From: Bacteroidales bacterium
GTDB lineage: Bacteria > Bacteroidota > Bacteroidia > Bacteroidales > FEN-979
Reading direction: 5' to 3'
Length of the DNA stretch: 64,000 nt
Assembly: GCA_023229525.1 (NCBI GenBank)
Contig: JALNZC010000009.1
Location: forward strand, 1,282-65,281
The notes below the pieces were generated by a model that did not search any database, had not been told where the DNA came from, and saw only the letters and a list, made by a program, of their open reading frames with translations. Positions 1 to 9,361 of the stretch are shown piece by piece (the stretch's first letter is position 1; each line of letters opens with the position of its first letter). Position numbers and translations under genes: made by a program.

Positions 1-175
1 CAGCATCATTGGGCTCCTGCTCACATTTTATGGATTGTTTACCAATGCAGACGTGGAGCTGTATACCCGGTCGCTTGGTATTAATATCAACATCTGGTCT
101 GGGCTTGGAATGCTGAGCTTTGGACTCATTATGCTCTTCTTTGCTTTCCGGACACATAAATCCAAAAAACCATGA
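1..175 (+). CDS. 3' part of a small two-TM membrane protein (type usually found after Na+/solute symporters); 5'-truncated by the window edge
   Basis: Frame from nt 2 reads SIIGLLLTFYGLFTNADVELYTRSLGININIWSGLGMLSFGLIMLFFAFRTHKSKKP* with TGA at 173-175. Not in the ORF track. Confidence 0.7.
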   Translation, partial: SIIGLLLTFYGLFTNADVELYTRSLGININIWSGLGMLSFGLIMLFFAFRTHKSKKP

Positions 176-176
176 T

Positions 177-668
177 ATGAACCCCATCCATCGGGCCTTT
201 CTGAAGACCCCCATTGGCTTCCTGGAAATTACCGGTTCTGAAAAAGGTATCCAAAGCCTGTCCTTTCTCAATTTTCGTGTACGGATTCACCACGTACCTT
301 CCAGTCTTAAATCCAGTATTGAACAATTGAAAGAATATTTTGCAGGATCGAGAAAAACGTTTGACCTGCCATTAGATCTGAAAGGGTCAGCATTTCAAAT
401 ACAGGTTTGGTCTGAACTGCAAAAGATTCCTTACGGAGAAATTATTTCATATCTCGAACTGGCCCGGCGGATTGGCAATTTGAACGCGTTACGTGCCGTG
501 GGTGGCGCCAACGGAAGAAATCCTGTCTCCATTATCATTCCGTGCCATCGTGTACTCGGACATGACGGAAAACTTGTCGGATATGGCGGTGGTCTCTGGC
601 GTAAAAAATGGTTGCTCGAGCATGAACATGCCTTTGCCCAGCGTGACCTTTTTTATATGAAAGCGTAA
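177..668 (+). CDS. ogt: Methylated-DNA--protein-cysteine methyltransferase
   Basis: IPCHRV active site, RAVGGANGRNP, GYGGGL..KKWLL.HE. The likely ATG is at 177, just after the upstream stop. Confidence 0.95.
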   Translation: MNPIHRAFLKTPIGFLEITGSEKGIQSLSFLNFRVRIHHVPSSLKSSIEQLKEYFAGSRKTFDLPLDLKGSAFQIQVWSELQKIPYGEIISYLELARRIGNLNALRAVGGANGRNPVSIIIPCHRVLGHDGKLVGYGGGLWRKKWLLEHEHAFAQRDLFYMKA

Positions 669-742
669 CGATCGACAAGAAGATTGACTTTTCTTCTGAC
701 CCTTTTCTGCCGTCTTTTTTAGTATTTTAGCCCAATTCTTAA

Positions 743-1807
743 TTACTTCTTCAGCAGCCACGCATCTTTATAGGTCTTTTTAACTTCCTTTAAACGAGTC
801 ATGACGGATGTTTTATCAGCCGATTCAAAGACAGAAACCCTGATCTTCCCATCCTTATCAAGAACCTTGGCATCCGGATACCCTTCGGCCTGGAGTTTCG
901 GCAAAAGGTTGGTTGCAGCCTCGTGTGATAAATTCGTTTTCACGATGATATAATAAGTGGCCGGACGATTTACCGCAGTATCCGCTTTTACAGTCAACTT
1001 ACCCTTGAGAGTATCAGGTAAATGAATTGCCACGGATTTCTGAAGTGAATCAGTGACTTTTTTGGTTACGTGTCTGGTCTTTCCGGAAATCTTTGAGAGA
1101 GCAGGTCTAAGGCTGTCGGGGTTCTTGACAACAAGCTTTTTAACCTTCAAACCCGATTTATCGGGTTCACCTGCCGGAACAACCGGAAGATCGCCACAGA
1201 CACCGACAGGTATATCGGGGTCGGCCACCTCTCCAAACCAGGCACATGCATAATTTTCATAAATGGCAATGCCGATAGCGCTCCATTGTTTTCCCAGCCA
1301 CTTACCTGAATTGGTCAGAAAACTGTTGAAATAAGCTTCAGTTTTCCATACAGAGATGACAGTATCAATTACCACCGGGCTGTTTTCCCAGTACACTATT
1401 TCATAGGCTTTGGCAGGATAGCGGGTGAGTTCGCGGGGTTTATCCCAAACCGAACTGTTTTTATTCTCGTCCCGCGGATAGCAAAAAGGTTTCCATGGCC
1501 CTTGGTTCGACCAGGAATGAAAGTTACAAGGTCCCTGGTCGGGATGATGAAGTAACAAATCTTTGACATGGAGGGAGGCAACATAACATAGCGATCTGGA
1601 CAGCGGAATAGGAGGCAGGTTGTATTGCTGACGGTAACCGTTTACCATACGGTACAGTTTCATTTCCGGCTCTTTGATACAAAAAGAGATCGGGACCGGA
1701 CCTCCCTGCTTGACGAACTTTTGACCGTAAGCAGAACTCATGTTTCCCGGTGTAAATCCAAGACAGATAATAAAAATCAGGAAGTATAGTATCCCTTCGT
1801 ACCTCAT
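743..1807 (-). CDS. Exported protein with a CAP/SCP-like domain and a C-terminal SPOR domain
   Basis: Signal peptide; LYRMVNGYRQQYNLPPIPLSRSL (CAP-like); C-terminal YYIIV..L...GYPDAKV..IRVSV..YKDAWLLKK (SPOR). Confidence 0.7.
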   Translation of the reverse strand: MRYEGILYFLIFIICLGFTPGNMSSAYGQKFVKQGGPVPISFCIKEPEMKLYRMVNGYRQQYNLPPIPLSRSLCYVASLHVKDLLLHHPDQGPCNFHSWSNQGPWKPFCYPRDENKNSSVWDKPRELTRYPAKAYEIVYWENSPVVIDTVISVWKTEAYFNSFLTNSGKWLGKQWSAIGIAIYENYACAWFGEVADPDIPVGVCGDLPVVPAGEPDKSGLKVKKLVVKNPDSLRPALSKISGKTRHVTKKVTDSLQKSVAIHLPDTLKGKLTVKADTAVNRPATYYIIVKTNLSHEAATNLLPKLQAEGYPDAKVLDKDGKIRVSVFESADKTSVMTRLKEVKKTYKDAWLLKK

Positions 1808-3807
1808 CGTTTTACGTTTATTGTCTTCTTCTGGTCGGGGTTGATGATCAATTTATTCTCCCGGTCCAGAACCCGGGCATAAAAACCATAGCCGCCAAAA
1901 TTATTTTCAATTTTCAATAAAAGTTTATTCCACCCCGGTTTCATCTTCAATTCCATTTCTGCCTGATCAGGTTCAGCAGCCCGGGTTCCGGTATAACGGT
2001 AAACTTTGTTATCGTTAAAAAACACTTTTATACCATCATCGCTTCCTATGAAAAATGAGATTTTCCTGTTGTCTGGTGAATAGATATAGGTAACTACATA
2101 AGTGACTACCAACTCCGAGGGCTCAATTTTATCATTGAGGGAAAAATAACCGTTCACTGGAGTATTGTAAAATTTCCAGCGAATAGGTTTCCCGTCAATT
2201 CCGAAATATAACCTGGTAAGATCCACAACCGATTCAGGTAAGTAAACCGAATCAAGGCCCCGGCGATCCGTTTCGCTTTTCCGGGGATTTGGAAATGGAC
2301 CCAGAATATACCACGCCGGAATAAAATCCCTTTTCGGTGTTACCCGAAGTCCATCAAGTCCAATGTTGAATCCTTTGGATGCCGGGTCTTTTCCCGTGAT
2401 AACGAACTTTATGTCGATGGAATTCAGTCCGGTCACATGTTGTAACCCGGTTAAAATTGTTTTCCCGATAGGAAGTGTATTAAGTGAATACCCGTTGATC
2501 TCCCCGGTCTTCTGATTGTTAATAAAAATATCGGCATTCCCATAATCCGGTCCCAATGTATAATACAGGGTAATATCGTATTGGGCTTCCTTTAGCCCAT
2601 TAATGGTCAGACCGAATGTAGATTTATCATGGGCTTCAATAAGTATCTGCCTGTTATCCCCCCATTCCGGACCAAATTCCGACATGTCCATTACCTTTGA
2701 TTTCTGTCCGTTCAGCTGAAACTTAAGCTTTTCAGCCTCGATCAGTTTGGCAGGTTTCATAACCCTCAAAGGTGTTCTTTGCCCTGCAACAGGAAAAGGG
2801 GGAAAGGGTTTGTGCGGTTCCATCTGGTACCAGTAAACCGTGGAACTGTAATCTGCAATTTCCTGGTTCCCATGTCCATGTTCAATGGTAAATTTAATGC
2901 TCTTTTTAAAGGGAATCGGATCGGGAATGAGCAACCGGAAAGCAGCAATCTGCCCAGTCGTATCATTTTTATAGATCAATCCACTATAAGGTCCTGCAAA
3001 TTCATTCCTGTTGAAATACCATCCTCCGGAAAAAAAATCTTCGGTCCCGGTCCCGTGAATCGACGGTTTTCTTTCTCCATCAACATATACCATTTCATCG
3101 CCTTCCAGATAACCAAAGCTACCATCATACGATTGTAGATTCATGTTGACCCCGACAATATGACCACGTCCCTCCGCATTCAGAACAACATAATTAGAAT
3201 CATAATTTGTTCGTACATCCCGTTTCCATAAGGCATGAAAATATGCTACATCCGATTCAAGCGCGCCTTCGAATTTCTGGTAATCTATCTGATAATAAAA
3301 AGCATAGATCTCCTGGGGAGTATCATTCGAAATTTCAATACGTGCATGTCTTTCAAACGGCATCGGCAAATAACAAATATACCCACCACTCGTCATCCCC
3401 AGATATTGGGATATATAGGGCTGATATTTAAACCCGGAGCCGAAAAAATCGCCAAGTGGAACCTCTACGGATGGATTCTTTTCATGGTCCCAGTACATCC
3501 TGATCACAACATGACGCAGAAAAAAAGGATCCCGTGAATCTATTGTAAACCAAATACGGGAGATCATACCCGGTCCGTCCACATTGAATATGATGGCCTT
3601 CGCTCCCGGGGCAATGGTAATCCGGTCATTATTTCCACCCGTTGTATCATAGCTCGACACCTGGATCAGTTTGCTGCTTTTCAGATACGGTAATGCCGCT
3701 GGAGATAATAACCGCTGAATATCCGTAAGGTTACCTGTATTACAAGAAGAAAGCATCAACAACATAAAAAGAAATAAATATCCATTCCGTAACACAAGCT
3801 GTTTCAT
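1804..3807 (-). CDS. DUF2961/GH172-family glycoside hydrolase lipoprotein with C-terminal jelly-roll domains
   Basis: Lipobox MLSSC; SSYDTTGGNND, GPGMISRIWFT, PSVEVPLGDFF, EGDE, GTGTEDFF.GGW, IEHGHGN. Confidence 0.88.
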   Translation of the reverse strand: MKQLVLRNGYLFLFMLLMLSSCNTGNLTDIQRLLSPAALPYLKSSKLIQVSSYDTTGGNNDRITIAPGAKAIIFNVDGPGMISRIWFTIDSRDPFFLRHVVIRMYWDHEKNPSVEVPLGDFFGSGFKYQPYISQYLGMTSGGYICYLPMPFERHARIEISNDTPQEIYAFYYQIDYQKFEGALESDVAYFHALWKRDVRTNYDSNYVVLNAEGRGHIVGVNMNLQSYDGSFGYLEGDEMVYVDGERKPSIHGTGTEDFFSGGWYFNRNEFAGPYSGLIYKNDTTGQIAAFRLLIPDPIPFKKSIKFTIEHGHGNQEIADYSSTVYWYQMEPHKPFPPFPVAGQRTPLRVMKPAKLIEAEKLKFQLNGQKSKVMDMSEFGPEWGDNRQILIEAHDKSTFGLTINGLKEAQYDITLYYTLGPDYGNADIFINNQKTGEINGYSLNTLPIGKTILTGLQHVTGLNSIDIKFVITGKDPASKGFNIGLDGLRVTPKRDFIPAWYILGPFPNPRKSETDRRGLDSVYLPESVVDLTRLYFGIDGKPIRWKFYNTPVNGYFSLNDKIEPSELVVTYVVTYIYSPDNRKISFFIGSDDGIKVFFNDNKVYRYTGTRAAEPDQAEMELKMKPGWNKLLLKIENNFGGYGFYARVLDRENKLIINPDQKKTINVKR

Positions 3808-3827
3808 AAAAACTCAATTTTACCGTG

Positions 3828-3835
3828 CAAAGGTA
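3828..3835 (-). promoter_or_regulatory. Bacteroidota -7 promoter element (TACCTTTG) upstream of the GH172 gene
   Basis: CAAAGGTA on + strand = TAnnTTTG on - strand, 20 nt upstream of the start codon. Confidence 0.55.
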
Positions 3836-5979
3836 CTACTTCTGATATTCTTCAACCATGAGTTTTGCAATGATCGCATCCCATATATAATTCGGTGGAC
3901 AGTTGAGGACTTCATTATCGGGACTATATGACTCCCAGTAATTATGATTTTTTGAAAGTTGGACAGTTACACAATTGACCATTTTATTGGCAAGTTGGGT
4001 CGCCAGATCACGATACCGGTAAGATTTAAGTCCTTTATAAACCATATAATCCCAGAGCATCCAAACCGATCCGTTCCATTTACAGCAATAATCCACATAT
4101 GGACTGTACCATGGATCCTGTGCTGAAAGTGTAGGAATACCGTATCTCCGCCAGAATTTTGTCGTGTCTGTCAGGGTTTGAACCAAACGGGCTGCCCGGT
4201 CGGCAGGAGCTGCTTCTGCCCATAAGACCAGAAAACCGATGATCTCCTGACGCCTCAGATCACGGGTCATGAATTTAAAAGAATGATCATTTTTGTTTAT
4301 TGAATAATAAAAGCCTGTAGAGTCATCCCACATACGTTCGTTTACCAGCTTCGATGTCTTTTCTGCCAGTGTAAGCCATTGTTTTGATTCCGGTTCATTC
4401 CCCAGTATCTTCGCCATTTTAGCGAGACTGCGTTCCTCCTTGATCACCATCAGGGTCAGATCAAGGCATTCCAGTTCATCCGAGATATCCTCTTTATCCA
4501 CATCGAGATACCGCTCGGCCGAAACCTGGAAAACGGCGTTATACCAATCCCTGACATTCTCAATGATACCATAAGGCCCCCATTCAAAAGTGCCATCGTG
4601 ATCGGTGTCCCGGTTCAGAATCAACCAATTCACATATTTACTTCCCGAAAGGTATGCGTCCTCAAGGAATTGCTTGTCCCGGCTTACCTCATAAACCTCC
4701 AGGTTGATCCAGCTGAAAAACGGAGCCGACGTGGTCGACATATTATTGTGAGGATAATCCTGTAACCCCCGTGGTCCGTGACGATAAGCGATCAATCCGT
4801 CTTCACGTTGTTGCTCCATGTAAACCCGTTGCGATCCTTCTGCCGATTTCGGATCCAAGTAGGCATATGCCATCATGCTGAGTGATTCATGCAGTACCTG
4901 GTGACCATGCCCCCAGCCCCAAAGAGGATTGCGGGAAAAAACATAAAAGTTGTATTTTGTCTTTCCCGACGGGGGGTACATGCAACCACGGACAAGATTA
5001 AAAGCGCTGAGATAAGCCAGCTTTTCTGCCTGTGTTTTAAAATTGATCCGGGGAATTTTTGAAAACAGGATAAGATCATCGTCATAATAGGTTTTCAGCA
5101 TGAAATTCTTTACCGAATCGATCGCGTTGATCATTTTATCTGCATTCTCCTGTTGCGCCGTTACTCCCCGGAAATAACGGAAAGTAACCTTTTCTCCGGG
5201 ATTAAGCCTTTTTTTCAACTGGAGCGCAATGAAATCAACATACCCTGATGACCTCATATTCAGGGAATCGATTCGCTTATCGGAATAAAAATCGGTCTTT
5301 ATCACATTGTAAAAATCCTCCATATTGCCAGGATACCCTCCGTGTGAGGCAGTTTTACGGTTGCACCCGAAGTAATCACGTACATGGGTCGGATAACCAT
5401 ATTCCGTTTTAAGGCTGCTGGTCATCCGGTATGGGCTTTCATACCGTTTTGTCAGGTATCCATCCAGGTTGTCATCGTAACGTTCAATCTCAAGTGAATC
5501 ATTTCCGGTCTCCAGAACCGGGTAAACAGCCATTTCGTGGGGGATGATGTCTGCATTTTTTACCTCCATTTCGACCATTGCCAGTGTGGAACTGTAAACA
5601 AAAAAGGTCTCCTTACATGAATTCCGCGAAATGGTTTGTATTCCATGATCGCCATATCAGGAAAAGAAAATCTGACTACCGGCTTTTCAAAGTATTCTCC
5701 TATAAGGGGGATCACCACCTGGTCGACTTTCCAGATGCAAAACATGTTCCCAGCATTATCACTTGAATAAGTTACCGGCCGGCAATCGGAATAGTAATCC
5801 ATCTTATAGGCCTTATCACCATATAAGCGCGACCGTTCCATAGCGGCGGCATAAGTGGTATATAGCGGATCTCCGGCCTTTGCGCTGATGCGCAGGTAAT
5901 CCTCTATGGGTTTGAAATCCTGGGCCGTAAGGATCAAAACTTGTAACGATGATAGCAATAGAAAAATTAGTCTTCTCAT
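3836..5979 (-). pseudogene. MGH1/GH63-trehalase-like (alpha/alpha)6 glycosidase split by a 1-nt frameshift near 5613 (true pseudogene or sequence error)
   Basis: Adding one base in cat gta agg aga gives HVKETFFVYSSTLAMVEMEVK. This joins ORFs 5560-6012 and 3836-5578 and matches paralog 15152-17392 (EVFFTVYSSETA). Shared motifs: VFSR.P.WGWG.G.QV.HESL.MMAY, WNG.VW, WE.YS. Confidence 0.85.
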
Positions 5980-6035
5980 ATCTCTGATAAGTGCAATAAC
6001 ATAGAAATTCACAACCTCAAAGTATCAATCATAAA

Positions 6036-6094
6036 TCGTCCTTCGTCCCTCGTCCTTCGTCCTTCGTCTTTCGTCCTTCGTCCTTCGTCCTTCG
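6036..6094. repeat. Heptamer tandem repeat (TCGTCCT)x~8
   Basis: Read directly; it abuts the stop codon of 6096-6530. Confidence 0.95.
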
Positions 6095-6095
6095 A

Positions 6096-6530
6096 TTAGT
6101 CCCACACAAATCTCCAATTGCCATCTTTCTGTTTTTTCCAGACTGTGTGAAATATTCCCTCGTTGCGGGTAACCTTCCCGGTCGAATCCGTCAACGTAAA
6201 TACATAACGGCCATAGGTATATCCGAGGTCACCCGAAGCGGCCACGTCAATAAAATCGGCTGTCCATTGCAATGAAACATCCTGCGTCTCCCATTTTAGG
6301 TAATGTTTCCTGATTTCCTCCTTTCCTTTCACAAGACGATCGCGTACATTGATCACACCGCTGTCGGCCGCAAAATATGAAAAGGCATAAGCCAATCCTT
6401 TTTCAGCGGCAAGTCTTTCAAATTCTTTTTCGGCCCGAAATATTTCCGATTTTACCTTTTCGTGGTTTGATGAGCAGGAGACAAGTGTTGAAATGCTCAC
6501 CATCACTGCGATAAATACTGCCGGTTTCAT
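6096..6530 (-). CDS. NTF2-like/DUF4440 lipoprotein
   Basis: Lipobox LVSC; DVAASGDLGYTYG, GIFHTVWKKQKDGNWRFVWD. Confidence 0.85.
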   Translation of the reverse strand: MKPAVFIAVMVSISTLVSCSSNHEKVKSEIFRAEKEFERLAAEKGLAYAFSYFAADSGVINVRDRLVKGKEEIRKHYLKWETQDVSLQWTADFIDVAASGDLGYTYGRYVFTLTDSTGKVTRNEGIFHTVWKKQKDGNWRFVWD

Positions 6531-6594
6531 AATTCTTGAATTTTATTTTAGTTTACCTCCTCATACTCATACTCAAATGCTACAAATCTACCCT

Positions 6595-7236
6595 TTAGAT
6601 CTGATCCGATCTGATAATTTGTATTCCGGTTTGACCTTTTTGTATTTCCCTGATCATAGATGCTGCAACTGAAGTATCGGAAACACCACGGTATTTTTTC
6701 AATCCTCCGATCATCAAAGGGCTCACTACCTCCATAATCCCGAGTGCGATTTTTTCACCGGCACGTGACTCATTCCGTTCACCCATAAGAAATGAGGGTT
6801 GCATAATGACCAGGCTGCTGAAAGGGATCTTTTTCAGATCTTGCTCCATTTCACCTTTGGTCCGGAGATAAAAGTTTGTAGAGAAGACATTTGCCCCGAT
6901 AGAAGAGACAACGGCAAAACGACTCACTCCGGAGCGATGACTCGCTTCTGCGAACTGAACAACATAATCGTGGTCGATCCGGTATTGCCGTTTTTTGCTT
7001 CCGGCAGTCTTGATGGTCGTTCCCAGACAGCAATAGCCATCATCGGCATTCACTCCTTCAAGTACCGAGGGTAGCTGTTCGAAGTCGATGACACGCTGGA
7101 TCAGCTTCTCATGTCTTATTTCCACTGGTCTGCGTACAACCGCAATGACCTTTTCATATGTGGGATGAGCAAGCAGTTGTTGAAGCAATTGTTTACCCAC
7201 GAGTCCGGTAGCGCCGGAAATGATAGCAGTTTTCAT
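6595..7236 (-). CDS. NAD(P)-binding oxidoreductase (YraR/TIP30-like)
   Basis: AIISGATGLVG, CCLGTTIKTAGS, FYLRTKGEME. Start placed at MKTAII (7236). Confidence 0.88.
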   Translation of the reverse strand: MKTAIISGATGLVGKQLLQQLLAHPTYEKVIAVVRRPVEIRHEKLIQRVIDFEQLPSVLEGVNADDGYCCLGTTIKTAGSKKRQYRIDHDYVVQFAEASHRSGVSRFAVVSSIGANVFSTNFYLRTKGEMEQDLKKIPFSSLVIMQPSFLMGERNESRAGEKIALGIMEVVSPLMIGGLKKYRGVSDTSVAASMIREIQKGQTGIQIIRSDQI

Positions 7237-7395
7237 AATGTTCATTAAATTTTGTAAAACCAATTCATCGAATATACAAATTTCCAGTAAATAACCTTGA
7301 TCAGGGTGGAATATTTTTTCAAGGGAAATCCACTTAATTGATATGTTATTTCATCAGGTTTCAACATAACAAATCAGAAGGAATTTTCTGGGCGT

Positions 7396-7422
7396 AAGTG
7401 TAACAAGTGTAACAAGTGTAAC
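7396..7422. repeat. (AAGTGTAAC)x3 direct repeat in a divergent intergenic region
   Basis: Three perfect 9-mers followed by an inverted TTACAC at about 7429. Confidence 0.9.
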
Positions 7423-7550
7423 AAAATATTACACATCGTTACGACGAGAATATACCCAGTACCAGATATTAAGGATGCTGAAGGTCGGCCTTTATTTTTG
7501 AGTGGCAATTTTTTCTTACTATCCAGATAATGATATGTCGATAACATTTC

Positions 7551-7582
7551 CTTGACATTTGATATTTCGTGTTCTATCTTTG
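7551..7582 (+). promoter_or_regulatory. Bacteroidota sigma70 promoter
   Basis: CTTG(7551-54)-N20-TATCTTTG(7575-82), 16 nt before ATG 7599. Confidence 0.65.
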
Positions 7583-7598
7583 TGTATTCGATAACGAT

Positions 7599-9233
7599 AT
7601 GAAAAACATTTCCGTTACCATAGCCATTTTGGTATTATTGTTATTTAGCACTTCTGTCGTATGCCAAAATTGGAAAAGGATATATTCTTATCCATATAGG
7701 AATTCCTGGGCTTTCTCTGTCACAGAAGCTTATGATAATGGTTATCTCTTATTGTCAAACTTTCTTAAAAACGGAGACAATTTGCATACTGGCTGGCTGA
7801 TCAAAACAGATGTGAACGGCAACAAACTTTGGGAAAGATTTATAGGAGATTGGGAAGGATACGGATTGGTTTGTGAAAATTTTGTGGAAACCTCCGATAA
7901 AGGAATTAACCTTGCCGGGACTTGGACAAAAACCCCCTTTAGTAATAGTTATGATCCTCTTTTCCTAAAATTAGATGTATGCGGAAACCTGGAATGGTGC
8001 CGTTATTTCAAAACCGATGACCATGGGGATTTTGGAATTAATATCATGGAAGTCCCTGACGGATACATCGGATTGATGGCATATTATGGGTATGATTACG
8101 CTACCCAGCGTATTGCCTTAACCAAATTAGATCTGGCAGGAAATGTTGAATGGGTGCAAACCTACCATAGTGATTCAGCGTATAATGAGGAAGGCAGGAG
8201 TATTATGCTGCGGTCCGACGGCGATATTATGGTTACCGGGGAAGCCAGTGTGGTCAAACCCGGGTATGAATTCCAGCAACCCAGACCTTTGTTTATCATT
8301 ACGGCCCCTGATGGGACGTTAAAAGATTTCGGGGTCCTTGATGATTCGGATACACTTGCATCAGCGACCTGGCAAACAAGAGAAAAACCGGACAGCATCT
8401 TTTATTCCACAGGATCTGTTTGCCTGCCCCCTGCCTATTTTCGCGTTTACCCCTATTTTCTAAAAACCAACGGGAACAATGAGATTATTGAATCCAGGCT
8501 TTTGGCAGATACAGCAAGTGTTGCAGATGGTATGACGCAGTATTTGAATTTTCTTTCAGATACGACATTGATCATGACCTATGGCGCTAATTTTATAGAT
8601 CCATCTGCCGCAGAATGGGGGTTATATAAGCTGGACACATCTGGTAACAAGTTAAAAACCAGGATTCTTATGCAAGGGAGCATTTATAATGTCATCTCAG
8701 GACTTGCGACTACTCAGGATCATAAAATATTAGCTTGTGCTCCCGAAAGACAGGGAGATACCACACGTTCTGTATTGTTCAAACTTAATTCCGACCTGGA
8801 AGATGATAGTATTTATAGCATTCCATATGTGTATGATTGGGCCTGTGAAGGAGGAGTTGACACTGTTCTTACCATCGACCCTGAGTGCGGGGTATATGTG
8901 GATATTGACGAGTTGGAAAGGTTACCCGATATTCCGGAGATCAAAGTATTCCCAAACCCGGTTTCAGATGTCTTGACTGTATCGTTGCCTGAATACCTTG
9001 TCACCAGAAGTGCACAGCATAACATGCAAGCTTCGGTTTACATCAAAGATTATCAGAAGGATTCACGGTTAGATCTATACGATATCAATGGAGACTTGGT
9101 AGTTAGACAAACCCTCATACCCGGCCAACTTGAAGCCATATTTAATGCAAGTGTACTAAGCCCTGGGTTGTACTTGATACGTCTGGTTTATCAAAACCGA
9201 CAGGTGTCGACAGAGAAGTTTGTGAAGGAATGA
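7599..9233 (+). CDS. T9SS-secreted beta-propeller-repeat protein
   Basis: Signal peptide; repeated LIKTD.NGN..W / LKLD..GN.EW units; C-terminal VFPNP..LSPGLYLIRL..KFVKE sorting domain. Confidence 0.85.
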   Translation: MKNISVTIAILVLLLFSTSVVCQNWKRIYSYPYRNSWAFSVTEAYDNGYLLLSNFLKNGDNLHTGWLIKTDVNGNKLWERFIGDWEGYGLVCENFVETSDKGINLAGTWTKTPFSNSYDPLFLKLDVCGNLEWCRYFKTDDHGDFGINIMEVPDGYIGLMAYYGYDYATQRIALTKLDLAGNVEWVQTYHSDSAYNEEGRSIMLRSDGDIMVTGEASVVKPGYEFQQPRPLFIITAPDGTLKDFGVLDDSDTLASATWQTREKPDSIFYSTGSVCLPPAYFRVYPYFLKTNGNNEIIESRLLADTASVADGMTQYLNFLSDTTLIMTYGANFIDPSAAEWGLYKLDTSGNKLKTRILMQGSIYNVISGLATTQDHKILACAPERQGDTTRSVLFKLNSDLEDDSIYSIPYVYDWACEGGVDTVLTIDPECGVYVDIDELERLPDIPEIKVFPNPVSDVLTVSLPEYLVTRSAQHNMQASVYIKDYQKDSRLDLYDINGDLVVRQTLIPGQLEAIFNASVLSPGLYLIRLVYQNRQVSTEKFVKE

Positions 9234-9361
9234 AGAGCATTTTTTATTTGTCATCATTGGTATTACAGGAAAATGAAGATTTTTTCATTTCTTGCCATTT
9301 GGTTGCTTTTCGTTTTTCATGGCCTGCGAACCCAGAATTTGTAAAAATTAAATTTTAACAC

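Noticed and set aside
6036..6094. Tandem repeats here and at 26185, 27126 and 50315 as CRISPR arrays
   Set aside because: Units are 7-8 nt with no spacers, and there are no cas genes in the window.
9273..9344. Mini-ORF MKIFSFLAIWLLFVFHGLRTQNL resembling a signal peptide
   Set aside because: Only 23 codons; it may be a gene-start remnant but cannot be supported.
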